Below, in pieces: positions 10,480 to 19,861 of a stretch of DNA of 40,042 nt. A program made the position numbers and the translations under genes. The stretch lies in NCBI GenBank assembly GCA_036649735.1, contig JAVWBB010000003.1, forward strand, positions 1 to 40,042, written 5' to 3'. Below the pieces are notes generated by a model. The model saw only the letters and a program-made list of their open reading frames with translations, had not been told where the DNA came from and made no database searches. The stretch's first letter is position 1. Every line of letters begins with the position of its first letter. This DNA comes from Bacilli bacterium. Lineage in GTDB: Bacteria > Bacillota_I > Bacilli_A > RF39 > UBA660.

Positions 10480-11157
10480 TTACACCAACTCATCATTGAT
10501 AATTTTTCCATCTTCAATAGTTAAAATACGATCAGCATATAAAGCTAAATTATGGTCATGAGTAATCATAATAATAGTCTGATTATATTTTTTATTAGAT
10601 ATTTTTAATAAATCAATTATTTCTAAACTACTTTTACTATCTAAATTACCAGTTGGTTCATCAGCAAGTAAAATAGCGGGGCGATTCATTAAAGCTCTTC
10701 CAATACTTACTCTTTGTTGTTGCCCTCCAGATAATTCATTAGGCAAATGCATAAGTCTATTTTTTAAACCTAAAGTTTCGATTATTTCATCTAAATATTT
10801 TAAATCTACTACTGCATTATCAAGTAATATGGGTAAAGTTATATTTTCTGTTATATTTAAAATAGGAATCAAATTATAAAATTGATAAATAAGTCCTACT
10901 TGTCTTCTTCGAAATATAGCTAAATTAGTTTCATTTAATTTATAAACATCACACTCATCTACAAAAACTTTTCCACTAGTAGGGCGATCTACTCCCCCTA
11001 ATATATGCATAAGCGTTGACTTCCCTGAACCAGATGCCCCAACAATTGCAATAAATTCTCCTCGTTTAACAGTAAAAGAAACATTATCAAGAGCAGTTAC
11101 TTTTGTATTACCTTTTCCATATATTTTTGTTAAATGTTCAACTTTTAATAATTCCAT
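10480..11157 (-). CDS. ABC transporter ATP-binding protein (LolD/MacB class)
   Basis: GASGSGKS, LSGGQQQR, ADEPTGNLD; start moved to MELLKV after RBS AAGGAG. Confidence 0.95.
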   Translation of the reverse strand: MELLKVEHLTKIYGKGNTKVTALDNVSFTVKRGEFIAIVGASGSGKSTLMHILGGVDRPTSGKVFVDECDVYKLNETNLAIFRRRQVGLIYQFYNLIPILNITENITLPILLDNAVVDLKYLDEIIETLGLKNRLMHLPNELSGGQQQRVSIGRALMNRPAILLADEPTGNLDSKSSLEIIDLLKISNKKYNQTIIMITHDHNLALYADRILTIEDGKIINDELV

Positions 11158-11158
11158 C

Positions 11159-11824
11159 TTATTCTCCTTTAAAATTCCATCTATAATGACCACTTATAGG
11201 ATATTTTTCATCCCATTTAAGTAATGTATCTTCTTCAAAATTAAATTGTCCTGCATTATGAATTATGTAGCTTATACCCTTTTTATTTCTTTTATCTGAT
11301 ATGATACCTATATGTTTTGTTTTAAATATTACAATATCACCAGCTTGAAAATCGCTAAAATTATATGGGTTATTTGAGTGTTTCTCTAAATATTTATCAA
11401 AATATACTTTTAAATTTAATACTCTTCGAAAATCAATATTCTTATCTTGTTTATTGGCAACACGGGGATAATCATTAATATTATTTTTAATATCTTCATC
11501 AATCAAATCTTTTAAATTATATCCAGCATTTTTTAAAGCTCGCCAAATAACATCGGTACATACTCCTTCTGTTTTAGGTGGATATCCCCCACTATAATAT
11601 TTACTTTTATATTTTGGATGACGTTTTGCTTCTTTTTTAGCCCCTTCTAAAATGTCCGTAAAGTCATCTCTCTTGTTATTATTATAATCAAGGCTACTTT
11701 TAATAAAATTAATATTAAAGTCCTTATCATAATAAGCCTTAGGCGGATTCATAAATAAGCATCCCACTAGAAATGCTAATATAATAATGATTAAATAAAG
11801 ATTTCTCTTTTTAGTTATTTTCAT
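11159..11824 (-). CDS. DUF1287-family exported protein
   Basis: N-terminal hydrophobic anchor; YYSGGYPP, GVCTDV, NIDFRRV, HIGI, HN motifs; start moved to ATG after GGAGGA. Confidence 0.85.
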   Translation of the reverse strand: MKITKKRNLYLIIIILAFLVGCLFMNPPKAYYDKDFNINFIKSSLDYNNNKRDDFTDILEGAKKEAKRHPKYKSKYYSGGYPPKTEGVCTDVIWRALKNAGYNLKDLIDEDIKNNINDYPRVANKQDKNIDFRRVLNLKVYFDKYLEKHSNNPYNFSDFQAGDIVIFKTKHIGIISDKRNKKGISYIIHNAGQFNFEEDTLLKWDEKYPISGHYRWNFKGE

Positions 11825-11844
11825 AAAGTCCTCCACTGTTTACC

Positions 11845-11889
11845 ATTATACTTTATATATATGACAAAAAAGTGACTATTTTATTACAA
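11845..11889 (-). promoter_or_regulatory. Candidate OmpR/PhoB-family activated promoter
   Basis: TTGTAAT-N4-TAGTCAC-N4-TTGTCAT (11-bp period) followed after 10 bp by TATAAT. Confidence 0.55.
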
Positions 11890-11900
11890 TGTAGTCACTT
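11865..11900 (-). terminator. Probable terminator after histidine kinase
   Basis: AAGTGACTA / TAGTCACTT stem followed by a T run. Confidence 0.5.
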
Positions 11901-13094
11901 AATATTTTTATATAATTTAATTGTAAAAGAAGTAATATTATTTTCCGACTCTACTTTTATAACTCCGTTATTATTATCTAAGATACTTTTAGTCATATTA
12001 AGCCCAATTCCTATACTACTAATGGAACTGTTTTTCCCCTTATAAAATCTTTTAAACAAATTATTTAAATCTTCCTTATCAATTGTTTCACCTTGATTTT
12101 GAATAATTATTTCACTATACAAAGGATTATTACTTACAGTAACAATTATATCATTATTTTCATAACCATGTTCATGAGCATTTTTTATAACATTAAAGAT
12201 TGCTTCTTTTAACCAATTATAATCACTAATAATCATTATGTCTTTTTCACAATTAATAATCAGATTTTGATTCTTTAATTCAAAATTAATTAACAGTTCT
12301 TCTTTAATATTATTTAATAATTTAAATAAATTGCACTCTTCTTTTTTAAATGTTATTGTCTTACTATCCATTTTAGCAATTTTTAAAAGCGATGTTACTA
12401 ACCATTCAATTCTTTTTAATTGGGAATTACTTTTTGTAATAAATTCTGTTTTATCATTACTATTTAATTTATCATTTAGTAACAACTCATTAATTACAAA
12501 AAGAGATGTCAATGGGGTTTTTAATTGATGTGAAATATCCGACAAAACTATTTCTAAATTATTTTTATCTATATAATAAACATCTCTTTGTTTTTTTAAC
12601 TTTGTTGTTAGTTTATAAATATTATTTATTTCAACACTTTCATCACTTTCATTATAATCAGCAAAGTTAAAGTTAAAGTCATCATTTAAAATACTTTTAA
12701 TATACATTTCTAATTTCTTTTTATGTTTTAAGTCTTTGCTACTTTTTTTAGTATAAATAATAACAAATAAAGTTAATATAGTTATACAAAATAAAATACT
12801 AATTAAAATAGTTCTTTCTTTAAAACTATCAAAATCACTTAATGAAAGAATTGTGGATTTTTCTATCCCATACTTATTTAATAAATGCAAATCATTGCTA
12901 CTATTAGAATCATCTAATATTTCAATTATTTCAGATTCTAAATGGGGATATTTTTCCACTAATTTATTAGTAATATTTGCTGTATTATTCATTAAAATAT
13001 TTTTATAATCATTAATAATTAAAAAAGTAAAACAACTAGTAAAAGTAAAACAAATAAATGTCATTAAAACTAAATTTAAAATGTCTTTTTTCAT
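11895..13094 (-). CDS. Membrane sensor histidine kinase
   Basis: Two TM segments, H-box SHQLKTPLT, N-box NVIKNA, F-box LFKRFY, GIGL. Confidence 0.93.
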   Translation of the reverse strand: MKKDILNLVLMTFICFTFTSCFTFLIINDYKNILMNNTANITNKLVEKYPHLESEIIEILDDSNSSNDLHLLNKYGIEKSTILSLSDFDSFKERTILISILFCITILTLFVIIYTKKSSKDLKHKKKLEMYIKSILNDDFNFNFADYNESDESVEINNIYKLTTKLKKQRDVYYIDKNNLEIVLSDISHQLKTPLTSLFVINELLLNDKLNSNDKTEFITKSNSQLKRIEWLVTSLLKIAKMDSKTITFKKEECNLFKLLNNIKEELLINFELKNQNLIINCEKDIMIISDYNWLKEAIFNVIKNAHEHGYENNDIIVTVSNNPLYSEIIIQNQGETIDKEDLNNLFKRFYKGKNSSISSIGIGLNMTKSILDNNNGVIKVESENNITSFTIKLYKNIK

Positions 13095-13762
13095 ATATTA
13101 GCCTTATATCCTAAGCCTCTAACCGTTAAAATTATTTTAGGATTATTAATATCTTCTTCAATTTTTTCTCTAATTCTTTTTATGTACACAGTTAAAGTAT
13201 TGTCATTCACATAAGCTAAATCACAATCCCAAATGTCGGCAAGTATTTGTTCTCGTGTTAATATTTGATTGCGATTAGTAATTAAAATTAATAAAATTTT
13301 ATATTCTAAAGCAGTTAAAAAAACATCGTGATTATTCTTTGTTACTTTGCCTTGTTTAGTATTTATTACTAAGTCATTTATTTTAATTATGTCACTGTTA
13401 GTAAAATCATTACGTCTTAAAATGTTTTTAATACGCGATAGTAATTCTCTAACTTTAAAGGGTTTAGTAATGTAATCTTCGGCACCTAAATCTAAGCCTC
13501 TAACAATATTAATCTCATCATCAAGAGCAGTTAAAAAGATAATAGGAGCCATAGAATGCTCTTTTATATTAGTATATAAATCAAAGCCATTACCATCAGG
13601 AAGAGTCAAATCAAGAATTATTAAATTAAACTCTTTTTCTGATAATATTTCTAAGGCCTTACGACAATTTCCTACTAAACTAGTAAAATATCCTTCATTA
13701 TTTAACAAATGAAGTAAACTATCACCAATAGTTATATCATCTTCAATTATTAGTATATTCAT
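13091..13762 (-). CDS. OmpR/PhoB-family response regulator
   Basis: IEDD, LDLTLPD, KPF receiver motifs; wHTH ending TVRGLGY; 4-bp overlap with kinase. Confidence 0.95.
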   Translation of the reverse strand: MNILIIEDDITIGDSLLHLLNNEGYFTSLVGNCRKALEILSEKEFNLIILDLTLPDGNGFDLYTNIKEHSMAPIIFLTALDDEINIVRGLDLGAEDYITKPFKVRELLSRIKNILRRNDFTNSDIIKINDLVINTKQGKVTKNNHDVFLTALEYKILLILITNRNQILTREQILADIWDCDLAYVNDNTLTVYIKRIREKIEEDINNPKIILTVRGLGYKANI

Positions 13763-13780
13763 TATTTCACCATTCCTTTT

Positions 13781-15424
13781 TTAAAAACAACTTCCGCCAA
13801 TAAACTCTCTTAAAATCGAATCTTCAGGAACACTATCAGATGGAATTGGCAAGAATACTCTTAAAAAGTTAATTAATCTTCGTGCTTCTTCATAGTATAA
13901 AGATTCTTCTTTTACAGAATATAAAAGTGGTTCTACATAAGTTTTTAAAACTCCCATTTCATATATTAAAGCTGTATTAATTGTATAGTCAGCATCATCT
14001 TGATAAGGAAATATATATTTTTCTTCACCGCGTCTTACTGATGACCATGACTCTAATGTTTTTGTTGCATCATATCCCCTAGTCCTGTTATCTCTTATTA
14101 TTCTTCTTAATAAACGATTATCTGTTGTATTAATTTTATTATGATTATCTAATCCTAATTGCGTTAAAGCTGATAAATATATTTTGCATTTTAAAGATTT
14201 ATCAATGCCTTCTAAGACAATGTTATTTAATCCGTGAATTCCTTCAATAATTAATATATCATTTTCAGATAATTTCAAAGTCTTTTTATATTCTTTCATT
14301 CCTAATATAAAATTATAAGTTGGTATCTTTACTTCTTTTTTATTAAGTAAATCTTTCATTTGGGTATTAAATAATTCTAAATCAATGGCCTTTAAGTTTT
14401 CAAAATCATACTTTCCAAATTTATCTACTTCTAAATCCTTTCGATCAACAAAGTAATCATCCATCGATATTAATTGTGGATTTAAACCAAAACTTCTTAA
14501 ATACATAGATAATTTATTAGCGGTAGTTGTCTTACCTGATGAAGAAGGACCTGCTATTAAAATAATTTTGACAGCCTTCTTGTTATATATTTCTTTGGCT
14601 ACATTTAATAATTTATTTTCAGATAATGTCTCGGACATTCTAATTAAATCATTAATATTTCCTTGACTTACTAACTCATTTAAATTAGGGACATTTTTAA
14701 TTTTCATTAATTCTGCCCATTCACGATGTTCTTTAAAAACTTTAAACATATTTGGATGCTCTACATACTGACTAATTCCATCTTCATAAGTTGTAATATA
14801 TTGAAGTACTAAACCACAATTATCTACTAATTGTAATTGAAATTCACTTAAAAAATTAGTACTTACTACCATAGGACTAAAAAAGTAATTATATAAGTTT
14901 CCTAATTTATATAAAGTAACATAACTATTTACATTGTATTGTAAAATACCCACCTTTGTATAATCACCTATTTTTTTAAAATACTCAATCGCATCATTTC
15001 TTGAAGTGCTAACTCTAGTAAGCGGCATATTACTTTTTATTATATCAATCATCTTATCATTAATTAATTTTAAGTTATTATCATCTAAAGAAAAATTAAC
15101 TGTTTCAATATAAATTCCTTTATCAATAGAATGAAGAACCTTTATATCGCTATTATTGCCAAATAATTCTTTAACGGCATAAATCATTACATAAATAAGT
15201 CCATTTATGTACACTTTATTAGCTAGAGATTTTTTTAAATCGAAAAATTCAATATCACATGACTCTTCAATTATATAACTTAATTCCCTATATTTAAAAT
15301 CTACTCTTCCTAAAATAATTGGATATTTAAATTTACTTTGATAACTTTTAGACAATTCTAAAAGAGTAGTCCCTTTATATATTTCTATTTCTTCATTCAT
15401 AACAATAATTTTTATTGTATCCAT
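13781..15424 (-). CDS. Nucleoside (uridine) kinase with N-terminal ThrRS-like domain
   Basis: AGPSSSGKTT, SMDDYF, IIEGIHGLN, RLLRRIIRD; about 280-aa N-terminal TGS/ThrRS-like extension. Confidence 0.88.
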   Translation of the reverse strand: MDTIKIIVMNEEIEIYKGTTLLELSKSYQSKFKYPIILGRVDFKYRELSYIIEESCDIEFFDLKKSLANKVYINGLIYVMIYAVKELFGNNSDIKVLHSIDKGIYIETVNFSLDDNNLKLINDKMIDIIKSNMPLTRVSTSRNDAIEYFKKIGDYTKVGILQYNVNSYVTLYKLGNLYNYFFSPMVVSTNFLSEFQLQLVDNCGLVLQYITTYEDGISQYVEHPNMFKVFKEHREWAELMKIKNVPNLNELVSQGNINDLIRMSETLSENKLLNVAKEIYNKKAVKIILIAGPSSSGKTTTANKLSMYLRSFGLNPQLISMDDYFVDRKDLEVDKFGKYDFENLKAIDLELFNTQMKDLLNKKEVKIPTYNFILGMKEYKKTLKLSENDILIIEGIHGLNNIVLEGIDKSLKCKIYLSALTQLGLDNHNKINTTDNRLLRRIIRDNRTRGYDATKTLESWSSVRRGEEKYIFPYQDDADYTINTALIYEMGVLKTYVEPLLYSVKEESLYYEEARRLINFLRVFLPIPSDSVPEDSILREFIGGSCF

Positions 15425-15678
15425 TATACTATCTCCTCATCTTTATAATAATATTTTATCATGTTAAATATTATATGTAAAAGCAATTGAAACATTTATT
15501 TTTAAAACCCACTAAAAATCTTATTTTAAAATAAATAATTCAAATACATTAAAGAAAATTTAAGAACTAATTACAAATTACCCACAATTATTAATTAGTT
15601 AATAATAGGTCATATTATGTAATGATTTATTATGTATATTTTTAAGTATTTTTTACTATGATAATAACAGGTGATAAA

Positions 15679-16257
15679 ATGAATTTAGTTCCAATGATTG
15701 TCGACAAAGAAAATTGTGGAGAAAGAAGTTATGATATTTTTTCAAGGTTATTAAAAGAAAGAATTATCCTTTTAAATGGAGAAATTACAGACGATACTTC
15801 TAATGTAATTGTTGCTCAACTTTTATATTTAGATTCCCTTAGTCATGATGATATATCTATTTATATAAATTCTCCAGGTGGTTGTATAACATCGGGGATG
15901 GCTATATATGACACCATGAATTTTATAAAAAGTGATGTTTCAACTATTTGTATTGGCATGTGTGCATCAATGGGGGCTTTCTTGTTATCAAGTGGTAAAA
16001 TTAAGAAACGTTTTATTTTGCCAAATGCTGAAGTAATGATTCATCAACCGCTTGGAGGTGCATCAGGTCAAGCAACAGAAATAAGAATTGCTGCGGAACG
16101 AATTTTAAAATTAAAAGACAAATTAAATAAGATATTAGCGCAAAATACAGGTAAGGATATTAAACAAATTGAATTAGATACAGAAAGAGATTATTATTTA
16201 AATGCCGATGAAGCTGTTAAATATGGACTTGTCGATAAAATAATAATGCATAATTAA
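15679..16257 (+). CDS. clpP: ATP-dependent Clp protease proteolytic subunit
   Basis: [18 protein letters not shown], catalytic ASMG / MIHQP / ERD; start moved to ATG after AGGTGA. Confidence 0.97.
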   Translation: MNLVPMIVDKENCGERSYDIFSRLLKERIILLNGEITDDTSNVIVAQLLYLDSLSHDDISIYINSPGGCITSGMAIYDTMNFIKSDVSTICIGMCASMGAFLLSSGKIKKRFILPNAEVMIHQPLGGASGQATEIRIAAERILKLKDKLNKILAQNTGKDIKQIELDTERDYYLNADEAVKYGLVDKIIMHN

Positions 16258-16301
16258 ATACAGTATTTGTATTACTGGTTTATAAGATTAAGTATTAAAA
16301 C

Positions 16302-16606
16302 TTACATCTTTTTTTGGCTTGTTTTATCTTTAAATATTTCATTAACTTTATTTTGGAAAGATAAAAAATTAAAAACATTACCATTTTGGTTTTCTCTTTG
16401 ATACATTTCAAAACCGGTATCGATATCTGTAATTTGTTTATCCTTAATATAATAAGTAATTTTTGCCCTTTTTTTAGATGGATTTAAATAATACCTAATA
16501 ATATACTGTTTAGTAAATCTTTATCTTCTAAATATTCTATTTTTATATATGGCATATTATCTTCACTAATATCAAATATACAGCGTATTTCAATTGGATT
16601 AATCAT
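16302..16606 (-). pseudogene. Frameshifted small hypothetical gene (about 101 aa if repaired)
   Basis: ATG overlaps whiA stop (TAATG); frame 1 gives 40 codons, and an overlapping -1 frame stays open 72 codons to TAA at 16302. Confidence 0.55.
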
Positions 16607-17541
16607 TATTTTTCACTTTCCTTTAATTTATTACTAAACTCTTCAATTTTTTTAAAGCGATGGCTTAAACCTGGCTTAGTTATTTTATTACCAGTTTCTA
16701 TCGTAATAATATTACTAAGTTCAAAGAGCGAAGCATCGGGATACTTTAAACGATAAAGTGATGCTTCTTTTAATTTATCATCTAAAATATCTAAACCCAT
16801 AATATCTTTAATTTTATTTATATAATTTATTTGATTATTAGCGGTTTCTATAATTTTATCAATATTAGCTTGTTCACAATTATTAAGACGATTAGTCATA
16901 TTTTTATGATCGCGATATATTCTAATATCTTCAAAATACATTACGGCAATACTTGCACTTATTATTCTTAGAAAATCACTTATCTTTTCAGCTTCTTTAA
17001 TATATACCATATAACCTTTTTCTCGGTTAATAATTTTACTATTTAAAGAAAAACTATTTAGTAAATCAGCTATATTATTTGCTTCATTTTCCCAATCTAC
17101 TAATATTTCTAAATGATATCTAGATGTTTTAGGATCGTTAATACTGCCTTTTGCTAAGAATACACCTCTTAAATAACTTCTAATTTCTTCCTCTTCACCA
17201 ATTATATATTCTAAAGGTTTCGGTAAATAAGTATTATCTTCCCCAATTACGGATAAATCTTTCAAGATAAATTCTACTTTCTCAACCACTTCAATTATAT
17301 ATATACTATTTTTATTAAAAGTATTATTTTTATGAGCCTCAACCTTTATAGCAATACCATATAATTCTTTAAACAAGGTGTATATTCTTCTAGATACAGA
17401 AGCATTTTCTGTAATTAAACTTATCTTATCTAAACTATAAAAACTATTTGTTCTTATTATTCCTGATAATTCTGAAATCATTTCGGGTTTTGTACACACA
17501 TATTTAGATATTTCATTTTTAATATTAGAACTAAATGACAT
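16606..17541 (-). CDS. whiA: DNA-binding protein WhiA
   Basis: MSFSSNIKNEI start, YLRGVFLAKGS, YHLEI, NRLNNCEQAN; follows yvcK. Confidence 0.96.
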   Translation of the reverse strand: MSFSSNIKNEISKYVCTKPEMISELSGIIRTNSFYSLDKISLITENASVSRRIYTLFKELYGIAIKVEAHKNNTFNKNSIYIIEVVEKVEFILKDLSVIGEDNTYLPKPLEYIIGEEEEIRSYLRGVFLAKGSINDPKTSRYHLEILVDWENEANNIADLLNSFSLNSKIINREKGYMVYIKEAEKISDFLRIISASIAVMYFEDIRIYRDHKNMTNRLNNCEQANIDKIIETANNQINYINKIKDIMGLDILDDKLKEASLYRLKYPDASLFELSNIITIETGNKITKPGLSHRFKKIEEFSNKLKESEK

Positions 17542-17543
17542 CT

Positions 17544-18503
17544 TTAATCTCGCATTAAATAATTAAAAACTAGTGTACTTAGTTTTAAACTATTATGTTT
17601 TAAAGTTCCATCAGAATCGGTTAATAAATCGCCTGTAATTAGTTCACATCCTATTTTATTTATTTTCTCTTCATCAATTACAACTTGATCCTTTTGTTCT
17701 TTTGTTTCATATTTTTTTAACATTTCATTACTTATTTTAGTATTACTAGCAATTACAACATCAATTTTTCTTTTAATTAAATGTTTATTTAATTCTTTAA
17801 TATGATCACTAACTGTATAATTATCTGTCTCTCCTGGTTGTGTCATTGCATTACATAAATACATTATTTTAGCTTTACTTAATTTCATAGCTAATGCAAC
17901 TTGTTTAGATATTAAATGAGGAAATATACTTGTATAAAGACTTCCCATACTTATAATAATTAAATCAGTATTGATAATCGCATCAATTACTTCATCCAAA
18001 ACTTTAGGCTCTTTTTTATAAAATATACGTTTATACTTTTGTTTAGCTTCGGTTATATTAGATTCCCCTTCTATTATTTTACCATCCATAGTTTCGCCCA
18101 TTAAAGTTAGACATTCTTCAGAAAGAGGTAATACTTTATGCCTTACATCTAATAATTTGCTAACATTGTCTATTGATTTTTTTAAACTACCTGTCATATC
18201 GATAAATCCTGTTAACAATAAATTGCCAATAGTATGTCCATCTAAATCACTGCTTGTTTTAAAACGATATTCAAATATATCTTTAATTTCATTATCCATT
18301 CCTGATAAATTACTAATTACTTTTCTAATATCTCCAACTGCTGGAGTATGAAATTCTTCTCTTAAAACCCCTGTTGATTTACCATTATCTGATACAGTAA
18401 TTATAGCGGTGATATCTACTGGGAAATCTTTTAAACCTTTTAATAAATAAGATATTCCAGTTCCCCCACCTAATACTGTTACTTTCTTATGCATAAATTT
18501 CAT
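17544..18503 (-). CDS. yvcK: YvcK/GlmR family UDP-GlcNAc-binding protein
   Basis: LGGGTG, TVSDNG, GDIR, GHTIGNL, GSLYTS, TQPGET. Confidence 0.95.
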   Translation of the reverse strand: MKFMHKKVTVLGGGTGISYLLKGLKDFPVDITAIITVSDNGKSTGVLREEFHTPAVGDIRKVISNLSGMDNEIKDIFEYRFKTSSDLDGHTIGNLLLTGFIDMTGSLKKSIDNVSKLLDVRHKVLPLSEECLTLMGETMDGKIIEGESNITEAKQKYKRIFYKKEPKVLDEVIDAIINTDLIIISMGSLYTSIFPHLISKQVALAMKLSKAKIMYLCNAMTQPGETDNYTVSDHIKELNKHLIKRKIDVVIASNTKISNEMLKKYETKEQKDQVVIDEEKINKIGCELITGDLLTDSDGTLKHNSLKLSTLVFNYLMRD

Positions 18504-18545
18504 CTCCTACTAATGTTATTAAACAACAAAACTCTAATAATTTCA

Positions 18546-18569
18546 ATAAAAGCATCGTTTAGATGCTTT
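18546..18569 (-). terminator. Intrinsic terminator upstream of yvcK
   Basis: AAAGCATC-taaac-GATGCTTT followed by TATT. Confidence 0.6.
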
Positions 18570-18700
18570 ACTTTACATAAATATATAATTATTTAACCTT
18601 AATTTGTTAAATTAGGCATATAAGTTTCTTATAAATTTGTTTATAATACGCTTATTAGTTGTGAAATGTTATTACAAAAAGTTCAAAAAAAATTAAAAGA

Positions 18701-18870
18701 AGGATAGCAAAACAAAGATTAATGGTAAAGAAATTTCAACCTTTGTTAGCAGTATAGTCACTTTAGAAAATGCTCATCCTAGACGAAAAAGGTCTAAATA
18801 TTTCGGGGAGAATCCAGATGGATGCTTCAAGTTATCAACTGTAACGATTGTTCTTTTAAACTACTATCCT
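18701..18870 (-). ncRNA. Candidate 6S-like structured RNA (170 nt)
   Basis: Ends pair (AGGAUAGUAG / UUGCUAUCCU), central apical hairpin UUUAGAC / GUCUAGG, and UUGAAGC / GGUUGAA flank an unpaired region; folded by eye only. Confidence 0.4.
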
Positions 18871-18872
18871 AT

Positions 18873-19853
18873 TTATCGATGAAGCCCCAATACATTCTTC
18901 ATTAAGTCATATTTAACTTTAGCTATTTCACTAGTTTTTTCTTGTCCTTTATCTAAAATATCATCTAATTCTTTACTATTAATTATATCCTTATATTTAC
19001 TTTGAATAACACTTAACTCCTTAATGACAACTTCTGCTACTTCGCCTTTAAAAGTTCCATAATTAGAATCTTTAAATTCTTCTTCTATTTCTTTAACTGT
19101 TTTATTAGTAAATGCCTGATAAATATTAATTAAATTAGATATTCCTGGTTGATTAACAACATCAAATTTAATTTTATTTAATGAATCTGTCGTTGCGCTC
19201 ATTATTTTCTTTTTTATATCATCTTGGTCATCTAATAATTTAATAACTCCTTTTTGATTAGGACTAGATTTACTCATCTTTTTTGTTGGGTCTTGTAAAT
19301 CCATTATTTTAGCCCCTTCTTCTTTAATAAGTGGTTCTGGTATTTTGAATATATCCCCATATTTTTTATTAAATCTAATTGCAATATCCCTAGCTATTTC
19401 TACGTGTTGCTTTTGGTCTATCCCAACTGGTACGTAATTAGCGTCATATATTAAAATATCAGCTGCCATTAAAACTGGATAAGTTAGCAAACCGGCTGAA
19501 AAACTTTCATTTCTACTGGACTTATCTTTAAATTGAGTCATCCTTGTAAGTTCTCCAAAGGGCGTATTGCACTCTAACATCCATGAAACATTAGCATGAT
19601 ATAAATTCTCTGATTGTATATAAATAGTGTTTTTATTTGGATCTATTCCGCAAGCTAAATATATTGCAATTAAACTTCTAATGTTTTTAGTTAATTCAAC
19701 TGGATCATGTGGCATCGTAATTGCATGCATGTCAGGAATAAATAAGAAACTATCATATTTATCTTGATAATCAACCATTTGTTTAATTGCCCCAATATAA
19801 TTTCCAATTGTGATTACTCCTGTTGGTTGTAATCCTGTCAATACTCTTTTCAT
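18873..19853 (-). CDS. trpS: Tryptophan--tRNA ligase
   Basis: GLQPTG, TIGN, YPVLMAADIL, VPVGIDQKQH, KMSKS. Confidence 0.98.
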   Translation of the reverse strand: MKRVLTGLQPTGVITIGNYIGAIKQMVDYQDKYDSFLFIPDMHAITMPHDPVELTKNIRSLIAIYLACGIDPNKNTIYIQSENLYHANVSWMLECNTPFGELTRMTQFKDKSSRNESFSAGLLTYPVLMAADILIYDANYVPVGIDQKQHVEIARDIAIRFNKKYGDIFKIPEPLIKEEGAKIMDLQDPTKKMSKSSPNQKGVIKLLDDQDDIKKKIMSATTDSLNKIKFDVVNQPGISNLINIYQAFTNKTVKEIEEEFKDSNYGTFKGEVAEVVIKELSVIQSKYKDIINSKELDDILDKGQEKTSEIAKVKYDLMKNVLGLHR

Positions 19854-19861
19854 AAATACTC

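Noticed and set aside
15549-15576. TTAAAG/TTAAGA/TTACAA 11-bp phased repeats upstream of clpP
   Set aside because: Too degenerate to distinguish from chance at this AT content
15597-15614. CtsR box before clpP
   Set aside because: Only one GGTCATA half-site; the partner is degenerate and the spacing is wrong
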